The notes under the pieces were generated by a model that was given only the letters and a program-made list of their open reading frames with translations, made no database searches and had not been told where the DNA came from. The position numbers were made by a program, and so were the translations under genes. Positions 5,712 to 5,842 of a DNA stretch of 5,842 nt are shown piece after piece. The stretch lies in the IMG/VR virus record IMGVR_UViG_2695420676_000007; one strand, given 5' to 3'. Origin of the DNA: a virus (lineage: Duplodnaviria; Heunggongvirae; Uroviricota; Caudoviricetes). The number at the start of each line of letters is the position of its first letter. Position 1 is the first letter of the stretch.

Positions 5712-5842
5712 TCACCCCCTGAATCCTGCCGGGATCTGGCTGTAGTCCACGTTGTCGTAACTGGCTTTGAAGTACGGGTCCTCGCGTCTGGCTGCAGATA
5801 CCGCAGGAACTTCCCAGGATTCTTCGAAATGACGATCCGGAC
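5712..5842 (-). CDS. Partial ORF, C-terminal 42 codons of an upstream nin-region gene running off the window end (...PDRHFEESWEVPAVSAARREDPYFKASYDNVDYSQIPAGFRG*)
   Basis: Minus-strand frame open from the window edge to TGA at 5714..5712, two nt before the next ATG (5709), consistent with the coupled gene spacing elsewhere in this operon. Another minus frame is also open here; this one was chosen on composition and stop position. Confidence 0.4.
   Translation of the reverse strand, partial: PDRHFEESWEVPAVSAARREDPYFKASYDNVDYSQIPAGFRG

Noticed and set aside
1-5842. Search for tRNA, rRNA, CRISPR arrays, integrase or att sites, and lysis genes (holin/endolysin)
   Set aside because: No cloverleaf-like GC-rich segments, no regularly spaced direct repeats with spacers, and no ORF with holin-like transmembrane character or recognisable lysozyme motifs were seen in the window.

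Overview
This window reads as the nin/Q region of a lambdoid (E. coli-type) prophage, transcribed on the minus strand as a tightly packed, translationally coupled operon (5842 -> 2316): partial ORF, PerC-like regulator, LexA-DNA-binding-domain-only protein, RusA Holliday-junction resolvase, KilA-N/antirepressor-like protein, a small hypothetical, a DUF968-like Cys/His-rich protein and a short Q antiterminator. Downstream of Q the composition changes sharply: an AT-rich block of about 1.9 kb (roughly 450-2310) carries one gene on the opposite (+) strand, 691..1962. It encodes a compact ABC-type P-loop ATPase (Walker A GLNGAGKST, Walker B LFVLEEPE, H-loop STHS) fused to a short C-terminal domain with a TOPRIM-like E...DxD signature. 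This OLD/PARIS/Gabija-like architecture in a moron position makes it the best candidate for an undescribed single-gene anti-phage defence or exclusion system. Its 3' end appears frameshifted at an A8 homopolymer: the +1 frame stays open for about 70 further codons. Beyond the island lie a minus-strand intrinsic terminator with no gene upstream of it on that strand (possibly a late-leader or small RNA module), a tandem direct repeat and a small winged-helix-like ORF. No tRNA, rRNA, CRISPR array, integrase or att site was seen. All family assignments are from reading the translations by eye; no database search was run.
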